From contig CAJYLB010000001.1 in assembly GCA_913775595.1 (NCBI GenBank), forward strand, positions 186,001 through 250,000: 64,000 bases of DNA, read 5' to 3'. This stretch comes from an uncultured Aquiluna sp. (GTDB taxonomy: Bacteria; Actinomycetota; Actinomycetes; Actinomycetales; Microbacteriaceae). The translations under genes were made by a program, and so were the position numbers. The notes beneath the pieces were generated by a model. That model was not told where the DNA came from, did no database searches, and was given only the letters and a program-made list of their open reading frames with translations. Shown in pieces: positions 38,291 through 46,854 of this stretch; position 1 is the stretch's first letter, and each line of letters starts with the position of its first letter.

Positions 38291-41173
38291 TTGACACAGA
38301 GCACCCCTCGACAGGGACGTAGGGTTTCACCGGTATCAATCGCGTTCGGTATTTTGGCCGCGATTGTCTTTGCGCTGGTTAGCGCAGCCGGCATCTACAC
38401 CGACTGGCTGTGGTTTAGACAGCTCGACTTTGAGGTCGTGTTCTTCACTCAAATCATCGCTCAGGTAGTGGCCTTTGTCATTGGATTTGTGATCATGACC
38501 GCGATTATTGCGGTGGGTCTGATGCTCGCATGGCGAGCGAGGCCCATTTACCTCAAGATGCCAGAGGAATCTCCTTTCCAGGTTTATCAACAGCTTTTGG
38601 AGTCCCTGCGCAAAGTTGTCATGTTCGGTGTCCCAGCGCTGATTGGACTGGGTGGCGGATTGGTGGCCGCGGCCGAGTGGCAGAGCGCACTGCTGTTTTT
38701 GAACGGTTCAGAGTTTGGCGTTGAAGACGGCCACTTCGGTTTTGACGTGGGTTTCTTTGTCTTTGATTTGCCATTCCTAACGTTTGTTGTTGGCTTCCTC
38801 TCCGGTGCCGTCTTCCTTGCAGCCCTCATCAACCTGGCTGTGCATGTCGTTTACGGTGGCATCAGGTTTAGCGGCAGGGAGATCTCGGTCTCAAAGCCTG
38901 CTCGCGTTCAGCTTTCAATTCTCGTGGCCATCTACCTCGTGATGCAGGGAGTTAGCCTGTGGTTTGACCAGTATGCGACCGTTGTGGGCGATGGCGAGCT
39001 TTTCACTGGAGTCAACTACTCGGATGCAAATGCCGTGATCCCAGGCTTGCAAATCCTTGCGTTTATCTCGGTGGCCGTTGCGATTACATTCCTTGTAACA
39101 GCCTTCTTGGCGCAGTGGCGCATCTCAATCATTGCTACCGCTCTTATGGTCGTCAGCTCCCTTGTCGTGGGAGGTCTCTACCCCTGGATTGTCCAGACCT
39201 TCATAGTGGTGCCGAACGAGCGAACCCTCGAGGCTCCGTACCTGCAGAAGAACATCGAGTCGACCCGAGCCGCCTTTGGTATTGACCAGGTTGAGGTCAT
39301 CGAATACGACGCCAAGGTGGTGGCCGAGGAGGGTGCGCTGCGCAACGATGCCAAGACCACCGCTTCGATTCGAATCATTGACCCAGCTCTTGTTAGCGAC
39401 GCATTCCGTCAGCTCGAACAGTACCGCCAGTACTACAGCTTCCCCAACCGCCTTCACGTTGGCAGGTATGAGATTGATGGCGAGACTCAGGACACAGTCG
39501 TTGCCGTTCGAGAGCTAAACCAGGCGGGTCTAGGAGATTCGCAGTCTTGGTACAACTCAACCATCGTCTTTACCCACGGTTTCGGCTTTGTCGCCGCGTA
39601 TGGAAACAAGCGTGATAGCGATGGCAAGCCACTCTTTTTGCAGAGCGGTATTCCAACCGTTGGGCTCCTGGGAGACTTTGAACCTCGGATTTACTTCGGG
39701 CTGAACTCTCCCGAGTACTCGATCGTCGGTGCCCCAGAGGGAGCTGAGCCTTTAGAGTTTGACTTCCCCGCGGGTGAGGATGGCCAGCGCGAGACCTACA
39801 CGACTTTCAGCGCAGATGGTGGACCGGAAATCGGTGATCTCTTCACGAGGCTTGCCTATGCCTTGCGATTCCAAAGCGAGCAGATCCTGCTCTCCGAGGC
39901 CATCAATTCGGAGTCCCAGATACTCTATAACCGAAATCCTGCGGACAGGATCAAGGAGGTCGCTCCTTACCTGACCGTCGACACTGAGGTATACCCGGCA
40001 GTAGTGGACGGCAGGATCAAGTGGATTGTCGATGGCTACACAACTTCCACCGATTACCCATACTCGAACCTCGAGCCTTTCAACCTTGCAATCTTGGATA
40101 CCGCTAGCGAGACCTTCAACCGCGATGTTTCCGAGGTGAACTACATCAGGAACTCGGTTAAGGCGACTGTTGATGCATACGACGGTTCGGTTGATCTCTA
40201 CCAGTGGGATGAGAATGACCCAATCCTGAATGCTTGGATGGGTATCTATCCAGACACGGTTCAGCCACTGAGCGCCATGAGCGAGGACCTTCTGAGCCAC
40301 GTCCGCTACCCAGCTGATCTGTTCAAGATGCAGCGTTCGGTGCTGGGTCGCTACCACGTGACCGAAGCCGGAGCTTTTTACTCGCAACAGGATGCTTGGA
40401 TGACGCCAAACGACCCAGTTGAGGGAACGGGGCTAGGAAGTCTGCAGCCTCCTTATTACCTGACACTTCAGACACCAGGTTCGGACGAGAGCGCGTTCTC
40501 GCTCTACTCGACCTTCATCCCGCAGTCCACTGGAGAGACAACTAGGAACGTCCTAACCGGTTACCTAATCGCCAACGCTGAGGCCGGTGGACAGCAGGGA
40601 GTCGTCAGCGAGGACTACGGAAAGCTAACGCTGCTCAACCTGCCGAGGGAGACCATCGTTCCTGGACCAGGTCAGGTTCAGAACAACTTCAACGCAGATA
40701 GCGACGTATCCTCGCTGCTAAACATCCTGCGTCAGGGATCAACGCGAGTTCTAAATGGAAACCTCTTGACCCTGCCAGTTGGTGGCGGACTGCTTTACGT
40801 CCAGCCTGTCTACATCGAGTCAACGGGTGAGACGAGTTACCCGCTACTTCAGAAGATTCTGGTGGCCTTCGGTGATCAGATTGCCTTTGAGGACACGCTT
40901 GAGCTTGCGCTCGATGCCCTGTTCGGCGGCGACTCGGGGGCGGATGTGGCCGATGGTGGCTCCGGTTCAGTCATTGATCCGGGAACGGATTCGGATTCCG
41001 ACTCCGGTGCTGACTCAGGAAATGCTGCGTTGGACCGCGCGTTGAATGCCGCCAAGGTTGCCCTGGATGACAAGGCAGCTGCCTTGCGTGCTGGAGATTG
41101 GACCGCATTCGGAGAGGCTGACGAGAGGCTACAGCGAGCCATCGAGGACGCGCTGGCAGCATTGGAGAACTAG
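38291..41173 (+). CDS. UPF0182 family membrane protein
   Basis: YTDWLWF, about 7 TM segments, THGFG, PRIYFG, NYIRNSVKATVDAYDG, RYPADLF and GNLLTLP. Confidence 0.93.
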   Translation: MTQSTPRQGRRVSPVSIAFGILAAIVFALVSAAGIYTDWLWFRQLDFEVVFFTQIIAQVVAFVIGFVIMTAIIAVGLMLAWRARPIYLKMPEESPFQVYQQLLESLRKVVMFGVPALIGLGGGLVAAAEWQSALLFLNGSEFGVEDGHFGFDVGFFVFDLPFLTFVVGFLSGAVFLAALINLAVHVVYGGIRFSGREISVSKPARVQLSILVAIYLVMQGVSLWFDQYATVVGDGELFTGVNYSDANAVIPGLQILAFISVAVAITFLVTAFLAQWRISIIATALMVVSSLVVGGLYPWIVQTFIVVPNERTLEAPYLQKNIESTRAAFGIDQVEVIEYDAKVVAEEGALRNDAKTTASIRIIDPALVSDAFRQLEQYRQYYSFPNRLHVGRYEIDGETQDTVVAVRELNQAGLGDSQSWYNSTIVFTHGFGFVAAYGNKRDSDGKPLFLQSGIPTVGLLGDFEPRIYFGLNSPEYSIVGAPEGAEPLEFDFPAGEDGQRETYTTFSADGGPEIGDLFTRLAYALRFQSEQILLSEAINSESQILYNRNPADRIKEVAPYLTVDTEVYPAVVDGRIKWIVDGYTTSTDYPYSNLEPFNLAILDTASETFNRDVSEVNYIRNSVKATVDAYDGSVDLYQWDENDPILNAWMGIYPDTVQPLSAMSEDLLSHVRYPADLFKMQRSVLGRYHVTEAGAFYSQQDAWMTPNDPVEGTGLGSLQPPYYLTLQTPGSDESAFSLYSTFIPQSTGETTRNVLTGYLIANAEAGGQQGVVSEDYGKLTLLNLPRETIVPGPGQVQNNFNADSDVSSLLNILRQGSTRVLNGNLLTLPVGGGLLYVQPVYIESTGETSYPLLQKILVAFGDQIAFEDTLELALDALFGGDSGADVADGGSGSVIDPGTDSDSDSGADSGNAALDRALNAAKVALDDKAAALRAGDWTAFGEADERLQRAIEDALAALEN

Positions 41174-41202
41174 CGACCAATCTGCTAGTCTGACTACTTC
41201 GC

Positions 41203-41279
41203 CGCGGGGTGGAGCAGTTCGGTAGCTCGCCGGGCTCATAACCCGGAGGTCGTAGGTTCAAATCCTGCCCCCGCAACCA
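41203..41279 (+). tRNA. Initiator tRNA-fMet (CAT)
   Basis: C1:A72 mismatch, three G-C pairs at the base of the anticodon stem (GGG-CTCATAA-CCC), encoded CCA. Confidence 0.96.
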
Positions 41280-41316
41280 AGTAAACCCCCGAGAGATTTC
41301 TCGGGGGTTTTTACTT
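41279..41316 (+). terminator. Intrinsic terminator after tRNA-fMet
   Basis: AAACCCCCGAGA-GATT-TCTCGGGGGTTT followed by TTACTT. Confidence 0.85.
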
Positions 41317-41363
41317 GTGGAAAACCCCAAGCATTACTTAGGTTTTGTCCCTAGCTTCCTCCC

Positions 41364-41780
41364 ATGAAATCACTCGTCGGACTGCTAGTTCTGGTGGCAT
41401 CATTGTGCTCCTGCACTACTGCGCAAACGCTACCTATTTCTCCGGAAAATGACGCTTTTGCCTCGATACTCGAGCGCTATGGAAACATGGACCCGCACTC
41501 CTCAAGCTATTCCCTGACCCTCACTGGAAGTGCATTGGTTGCAGCAATTGAAACCCAAAAGCTCCTTGCGTCATTTGGCTATCAACGACTTGGCAATGCG
41601 AAATTTGAGGTGATCTCAAGCTCGCGCCCCACCGCAATGGTTTGCATGGATCTGAGTGAGGTTGTCATCATCAACGAGGAAGGTTTTCCAGTATCTACTG
41701 TTTCGAATCGGGAGGCCGTTTTCGTGGAGCTTGATAAAGGACTGATTTCGAAGTTTGAGCCCCTGGGCGAAAGATGTTAG
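41364..41780 (+). CDS. Hypothetical lipoprotein
   Basis: Signal peptide with lipobox LCSC, internal VCMDLSEV and C-terminal Cys. Confidence 0.78.
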   Translation: MKSLVGLLVLVASLCSCTTAQTLPISPENDAFASILERYGNMDPHSSSYSLTLTGSALVAAIETQKLLASFGYQRLGNAKFEVISSSRPTAMVCMDLSEVVIINEEGFPVSTVSNREAVFVELDKGLISKFEPLGERC

Positions 41781-42490
41781 TCGAGATCTTGTTGGCCGGA
41801 AGCTGCAGCTTGGACGCTGCTGCACTGGGAATCTGTGAATGCAGCGCTAGCAATCCTGAGGGCACTTTTCAGGTGTGTGCCACCGAAAGGATTACTGGTC
41901 GCGAGGAGATCACAGCGGGGCCACCAGCCCCTCCAGGTCCAAAGCCAATGCGGCTCTGCAGTTGGTATGCAAATGGGACGATTGATACTCCAACTCTTAC
42001 CATCATCACCGCCTGGATTCCTGTCGGGTCGAGGCTATGTATTGGCGATGAGGTGAGAGAGGCTCAGCCCAGAGTTGTCACGATCACAGATGAGGTATCT
42101 GACTCTTTTGGTGCGACATCTAACAGGCCGTTAGCCTCTTGGACGCCTGGAAGTGAGGTTGAGGTTGGCGTCGCAGCTGGCTTCTCGGTCCAGCTTGCGC
42201 CAGGTGAGTTCAGGGGAGTGCTACTTGGTAGGCAGGCTTGGATTCGCTTTGAACCCGTGAGCGCCAGGTGGAGTTTCTCCGACGGTAATGGCTACTCAGG
42301 TTTCCGTGTTGAGAGGGTCTTTGATCAGGCCGGAGAAATTCTTGCAACCGCCGATGTCAAGGTCAGAGCAAGCTACAGATTCGATGGAGGATCGTGGCAG
42401 GAGTCTGATGCGGAAATTTGGCTATCGAGCAACCAGCTGAGGGTTTCGGTGGTTGAGATTCCTAGGAGAACGCTATTGGTTAGCAGATAA
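41774..42490 (+). CDS. Hypothetical Cys-rich protein with a C-terminal PKD/Ig-like beta domain
   Basis: Six Cys in the N-terminal part, a Pro-rich linker, WSFSDG and YRFDGGSWQ; 7-nt overlap with the upstream lipoprotein gene. Confidence 0.72.
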   Translation: MLVEILLAGSCSLDAAALGICECSASNPEGTFQVCATERITGREEITAGPPAPPGPKPMRLCSWYANGTIDTPTLTIITAWIPVGSRLCIGDEVREAQPRVVTITDEVSDSFGATSNRPLASWTPGSEVEVGVAAGFSVQLAPGEFRGVLLGRQAWIRFEPVSARWSFSDGNGYSGFRVERVFDQAGEILATADVKVRASYRFDGGSWQESDAEIWLSSNQLRVSVVEIPRRTLLVSR

Positions 42491-42564
42491 CAGAAACTCT
42501 TCAGCTGGGACTCATAGAATCCCCAGAGTTGTTGAAGATAATCGTCGGGAGCGAAAGGGTTGAA

Positions 42565-43752
42565 ATGAGTCAGTTCCAACGAGGCGATAGCCAGTTCACC
42601 TTCAGTACTCCCTATGCGGCACCAGTTGCCCCCCAGCCGCCAAAGCGCAGGGTGGGCGTATTGGGCATCGCCGCCTTGGCAATGTCAAGTGCTCTGGTTG
42701 GAGGCATCATCGGCGCTAGCTCAATGAGTATTAGCTACGTCGCCTCAACACAACCAGCGCCAGTAGTTGTAAACAGCGTCGAGCAGGTCAACTGGGTGAC
42801 TGGAGCGGCCTCTCAGGCCGGTCCTTCGGTTGTAACGCTCTCAGTGGACTCCTCTTCTAATTCTGGCTCCGGCTCGGGCGTGATCCTGACTGAGGATGGC
42901 TACATTCTCACCAATGCCCACGTTGTGACTCTCGGCGGGCAGACCGACGACGCCTCAGTTGCCGTAAGGCTCTTCGACGGCACCGTCGTTCCAGCCGATC
43001 TGATTGGCTATGACTCGGTCTATGACCTGGCTGTAATCAAAGTGGAGGCCGAGGGACTAAAGCCGATTGTTTTCGCCGACTCGAAGGATCTCAACGTAGG
43101 GCAAAACGTGGTGGCCATCGGAGCGCCCCTTGGGCTCACCTCAACGGTTACCGAGGGTATTGTTTCTGCCCTGAACCGAACCATTCAGGTTGCGAGCTCT
43201 GAGGTCTCGGACGAGCCCGGGCTAAGTTTCTGGACTGGAGTCGGAGAGTCAATCTCGATTCAGGTCGTCCAGACTGACGCTGCTATCAACCCTGGAAACT
43301 CAGGGGGTGCCCTGGTTGATGAGAATGGACGACTAATTGGGGTCAACGTCGCAATTGCGACGGCGGGTAACGGTGTTTCCGGCTCAATTGGTGTGGGGTT
43401 TGCAATTCCTTCAAACACCGCGGCTCGCATTGCCACCGAAATCATGGAGACCGGAGTTGCAACTCACGGCCTACTTGGAGCAATGGTTCGTAACAGCTTT
43501 GCCGCAGACTCAAGCTTCTCCGTGGGAGCCTACGTTGAACAGGTCACTGAGGACGGTGCTGCTAATGCCGCCGGAATCCGCTCCGGTGACGTTGTCATCG
43601 AGTTCGCTGGCGAGAGAGTCACGAGTTCGGCTGACCTAACAGCACTTGTGCGCGCGCAGCCAGCTGGGGCTGAGGTTGAAGTTGTAGTCCTCAGAGACGG
43701 GACTAACCGCAGCTTTACAGTGACACTCGGCGATGCCGCAGATCTAAACTAG
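42565..43752 (+). CDS. htrA: HtrA/DegP-family serine protease with PDZ domain
   Basis: GSGVI, TNAHVV, DLAVIK, QTDAAINPGNSGG, C-terminal PDZ and N-terminal TM. Confidence 0.93.
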   Translation: MSQFQRGDSQFTFSTPYAAPVAPQPPKRRVGVLGIAALAMSSALVGGIIGASSMSISYVASTQPAPVVVNSVEQVNWVTGAASQAGPSVVTLSVDSSSNSGSGSGVILTEDGYILTNAHVVTLGGQTDDASVAVRLFDGTVVPADLIGYDSVYDLAVIKVEAEGLKPIVFADSKDLNVGQNVVAIGAPLGLTSTVTEGIVSALNRTIQVASSEVSDEPGLSFWTGVGESISIQVVQTDAAINPGNSGGALVDENGRLIGVNVAIATAGNGVSGSIGVGFAIPSNTAARIATEIMETGVATHGLLGAMVRNSFAADSSFSVGAYVEQVTEDGAANAAGIRSGDVVIEFAGERVTSSADLTALVRAQPAGAEVEVVVLRDGTNRSFTVTLGDAADLN

Positions 43753-43757
43753 GCAAC

Positions 43758-43982
43758 ATGTCAGATCGCGACACCGAGCTCCTCGAAAAAGAGGAAATTC
43801 TTGAGGATGGCGACCACGAGCGCTATTCGCACTACGTGAAAAAAGACAAGATTGTGTCTTCTGCTGTTATGGGCAATGCGGTTATGGCGCTGTGTGGCAA
43901 GGTGTGGGTTCCCTCTAGGGCACCCGAGAAGTTCCCCGTTTGCCCAACCTGCAAGGCCATCTACGAAAAGCTAAAACCCTAG
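43758..43982 (+). CDS. DUF3039 family zinc-finger-like protein
   Basis: GDHERYSHYV, ALCGKVW and CPTCK. Confidence 0.9.
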   Translation: MSDRDTELLEKEEILEDGDHERYSHYVKKDKIVSSAVMGNAVMALCGKVWVPSRAPEKFPVCPTCKAIYEKLKP

Positions 43983-45247
43983 CTAAAGACAGTGGGGATG
44001 GCTGGGTCGCCCTTTGAAAGCCGCAGAGCGGACTTTGGCAGCTCCGCCTTTGCTGCGAGGTGATGCTCTTTGGCAGCAATAACCCCCTGGTGACCGAGGT
44101 GGCTTTCTTTGGCCTGACCTTGCCTCATGAGCTCAACTTGTAGAACACGCCCTTGGTCACCACCAATGAGCTCTGCGGTCGCGACTCCGTCTTCGATGAG
44201 CCTCGATGCATTTTTCTCGCCACCGCGGTTGGTCTTTGATTTAGAAGTCTTGGCAACCTCAGTCCAGCCCTTACCGTCAGAATGAGCGACCAGCTTATAA
44301 ACGAAGCCAGCGGTCGGATAGCCGGAACCGGTGACCAACGAGGTGCCCACACCGAATCGATCAACCGGTGAGGCAGACAGGGCAGCGATTGTGTATTCGT
44401 CGAGGTCGCTGGTGACAACAATCTTGGTGTTATTTGCTCCAAGCTCATCAAGTTGCTTGCGCACCTCAACTGCCGTGGAGCTGAGATCACCCGAGTCGAT
44501 TCTTACTGCTGCAACCTTTCCACCAGTCAGCTCAACGGCCATCATTACGGCTCTAGGGATGTCGTAGGTATCGACAAGAAGTGTTGTGTCGGGCCCCATT
44601 GAGGCAATTTGCGCCTCAAAGGCCTCTTTCTCAGAGTCATGTAACAGGGTGAAGCTGTGGGCGCTGGTCCCCATAGTTGGAATTCCCCAGCTCCGACCGG
44701 CTTCAAGATTGCTGGTGGCATCGAACCCCGCTATAAATGCGGCTCTCGCTGCGGCGACGGCTGCAGACTCGTGTGCTCTGCGTGCTCCCATCTCAGCCAG
44801 CGATCGGCCGCCTGCGGCTGTGTGCATGCGAGACGCGGCCGCTGCAACAGCTGAGTCGTAGTTAAGAATTGAGAGAATCACCGTCTCAAGGAGTACTGCC
44901 TCTGCGAAACTGCCACGGACAGTCATCACGGGCGAGTTGGCGAAATAGATCTCGCCCTCTCGATAGCCAGAAATCGAACCGCTAAACCGATAATTTGCGA
45001 GCCAGTCGAGGGTTTTTTCGTCAACTACGCCTTGAGCTGCCAGAAACCCAAGTTCTGAAGCGTCAAAAGTGAATTCCCGGATTGCCTCAAGAGCCCTCCC
45101 CACGCCTGCGAGTACGCCGTATCTTCTTCCCGCAGGCAGTTGCCTTGTGAATACCTCGAATACGCACTCCCTTTCGGCCTTTCCGGAGCGCAAAGCAGCC
45201 TGCAGCATTGTCAGCTCGTAGCGGTCTGTCATTAGGGCGTAGGACAC
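43979..45247 (-). CDS. pncB: Nicotinate phosphoribosyltransferase
   Basis: TDRYELTM, EMGARR, GTSAHS, LVDTYD, RIDSGD, GVGT and VYKL. Confidence 0.95.
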   Translation of the reverse strand: MSYALMTDRYELTMLQAALRSGKAERECVFEVFTRQLPAGRRYGVLAGVGRALEAIREFTFDASELGFLAAQGVVDEKTLDWLANYRFSGSISGYREGEIYFANSPVMTVRGSFAEAVLLETVILSILNYDSAVAAAASRMHTAAGGRSLAEMGARRAHESAAVAAARAAFIAGFDATSNLEAGRSWGIPTMGTSAHSFTLLHDSEKEAFEAQIASMGPDTTLLVDTYDIPRAVMMAVELTGGKVAAVRIDSGDLSSTAVEVRKQLDELGANNTKIVVTSDLDEYTIAALSASPVDRFGVGTSLVTGSGYPTAGFVYKLVAHSDGKGWTEVAKTSKSKTNRGGEKNASRLIEDGVATAELIGGDQGRVLQVELMRQGQAKESHLGHQGVIAAKEHHLAAKAELPKSALRLSKGDPAIPTVFS

Positions 45248-45292
45248 GGCAACAGCCTACTGACTGGAGAATCCGCACCCTAGACTTAGGGC

Positions 45293-46114
45293 GTGGATGC
45301 AAGGCCAATTGGGGTATTCGACTCGGGTGTCGGTGGATTAACTGTTGCCAGAGCGATTATTGATCAGCTCCCAAACGAGTCAATTTCCTATGTGGGTGAC
45401 ACTCTAAATTCCCCGTATGGACCCAAGAGCCTCTCTGAGGTGAGGAGACTGGCCCTCGAGGTCATGGATGAGTTAGTCGCCTCTGGCGTAAAGCTCTTGG
45501 TCATCGCCTGCAACTCTGCATCAGCTGCGGTTTTGCGGGATGCGAGAGAGCGCTACACAGATGGGCTTGGAGTGCCAGTGGTTGAGGTAATCCAGCCAGC
45601 TGTCAGATCAGCGGTTGGAACCAGTAGCTCCAAAAGGGTGGGTGTTATTGGAACATCGGCAACAATTTCCTCCAAGGCGTATGACGACGCTTTTGCAGCG
45701 GCGGTTGACTTTGAGATTTTCAGCGCTGCATGTCCCGCTTTCGTTGACTTTGTTGAGAGAGGGGTGACCTCAGGCCCGGAGCTTTTAGATGTGGCTGCGG
45801 ACTACTTGCAGCCCCTAAAGGATGCAAAAGTTGACACCTTGGTTTTGGGCTGCACTCACTATCCGCTTTTGCAAGCGGCCCTCGCCTACGTCATGGGTGA
45901 CGGAGTAAACCTGGTTTCATCCGCTGAGGAGACCGCTAAAGATGTCTTCAGGGTCTTGACCGAGGAGAATCTGGGTGCTCCGGAGGGTAATAAGCCAGTT
46001 CACAACTTCTTTGCTACCGGGGATGCCGAAGAGTTTCAGGCACTCGCGGGTAGATTTCTCGGACCAGAGGTAGCCTCGGTGAGACACCTCAAGCGAAAGG
46101 TTACAGATGGCTAG
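45293..46114 (+). CDS. murI: Glutamate racemase
   Basis: [19 protein letters not shown] and LGCTHY. Confidence 0.96.
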   Translation: MDARPIGVFDSGVGGLTVARAIIDQLPNESISYVGDTLNSPYGPKSLSEVRRLALEVMDELVASGVKLLVIACNSASAAVLRDARERYTDGLGVPVVEVIQPAVRSAVGTSSSKRVGVIGTSATISSKAYDDAFAAAVDFEIFSAACPAFVDFVERGVTSGPELLDVAADYLQPLKDAKVDTLVLGCTHYPLLQAALAYVMGDGVNLVSSAEETAKDVFRVLTEENLGAPEGNKPVHNFFATGDAEEFQALAGRFLGPEVASVRHLKRKVTDG

Positions 46115-46847
46115 AGCAGATGGCAGAGAGCTAAACCAGATGCGAGAGGTTGTGATTCAGCGCAATCACACTATGCATGCCGAGGGTTCAGTGCTGGTTT
46201 CATTTGGCAACACCAAGGTTCTCTGCAACGCCTCCTTCACTCCTGGAGTGCCAAGGTTCAAGAAAGATTCTGGCGAGGGTTGGGTGACCGCCGAGTACGC
46301 CATGCTGCCGAGGGCTACGAACACTAGGTCCGACCGCGAAAGCGTCAGAGGAAAGATTGGTGGCCGTACCCATGAGATTTCCAGGCTCATCGGCAGGGCC
46401 CTCAGGGCCGTGGTCGACTACAAAGAGCTCGGTGAAAACACCATTGTCATTGATTGCGACGTTATTCAAGCTGATGGTGGAACGAGGACGGCCTCGATAA
46501 CCGGAGCCTTCGTGGCCCTTGCGGACGCTATCGCATGGGCGAAATCCAAAGGGCACATTGCGGCAGGTGCAAAACCGCTTCTCGACACAGTCGCGGCAGT
46601 CTCGGTTGGGATAGTAGACGGGGTGCCAATGACGGATCTGGCTTACGTTGAGGATGTCGCTGCAGATACTGACATGAACGTGGTTGTGACCGGCCGGGGT
46701 CTTTTTGTTGAGGTCCAGGGAACGGCAGAGGCCGAGCCTTTCGACCGAGACGAACTCAACAGTCTTTTGGAGTTGGCTCTACGGTCAACAACGGAGCTCT
46801 CCGAGGCGCAGCGACAGGCGCTGGGTGACGACCTGGATCTCAAGTAA
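46107..46847 (+). CDS. rph: Ribonuclease PH
   Basis: [34 protein letters not shown] and EVQGTAE. Confidence 0.97.
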   Translation: MARADGRELNQMREVVIQRNHTMHAEGSVLVSFGNTKVLCNASFTPGVPRFKKDSGEGWVTAEYAMLPRATNTRSDRESVRGKIGGRTHEISRLIGRALRAVVDYKELGENTIVIDCDVIQADGGTRTASITGAFVALADAIAWAKSKGHIAAGAKPLLDTVAAVSVGIVDGVPMTDLAYVEDVAADTDMNVVVTGRGLFVEVQGTAEAEPFDRDELNSLLELALRSTTELSEAQRQALGDDLDLK

Positions 46848-46854
46848 GAGGCTC

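Noticed and set aside
39752..40387. Long antisense or alternative-frame ORFs (also 3203-3877, 4276-4881, 17803-18390, 26082-26627, 58464-59009)
   Set aside because: Shadows of well-supported genes, with no recognisable motifs or initiation signals.
40960..41030. GATTCG/GACTCC-like short repeats
   Set aside because: They encode a Gly/Asp/Ser linker in UPF0182 and have no CRISPR repeat-spacer structure.
41203..42564. Integrative element inserted at tRNA-fMet
   Set aside because: No integrase, no duplicated tRNA 3' end seen, and the host terminator follows the tRNA directly.
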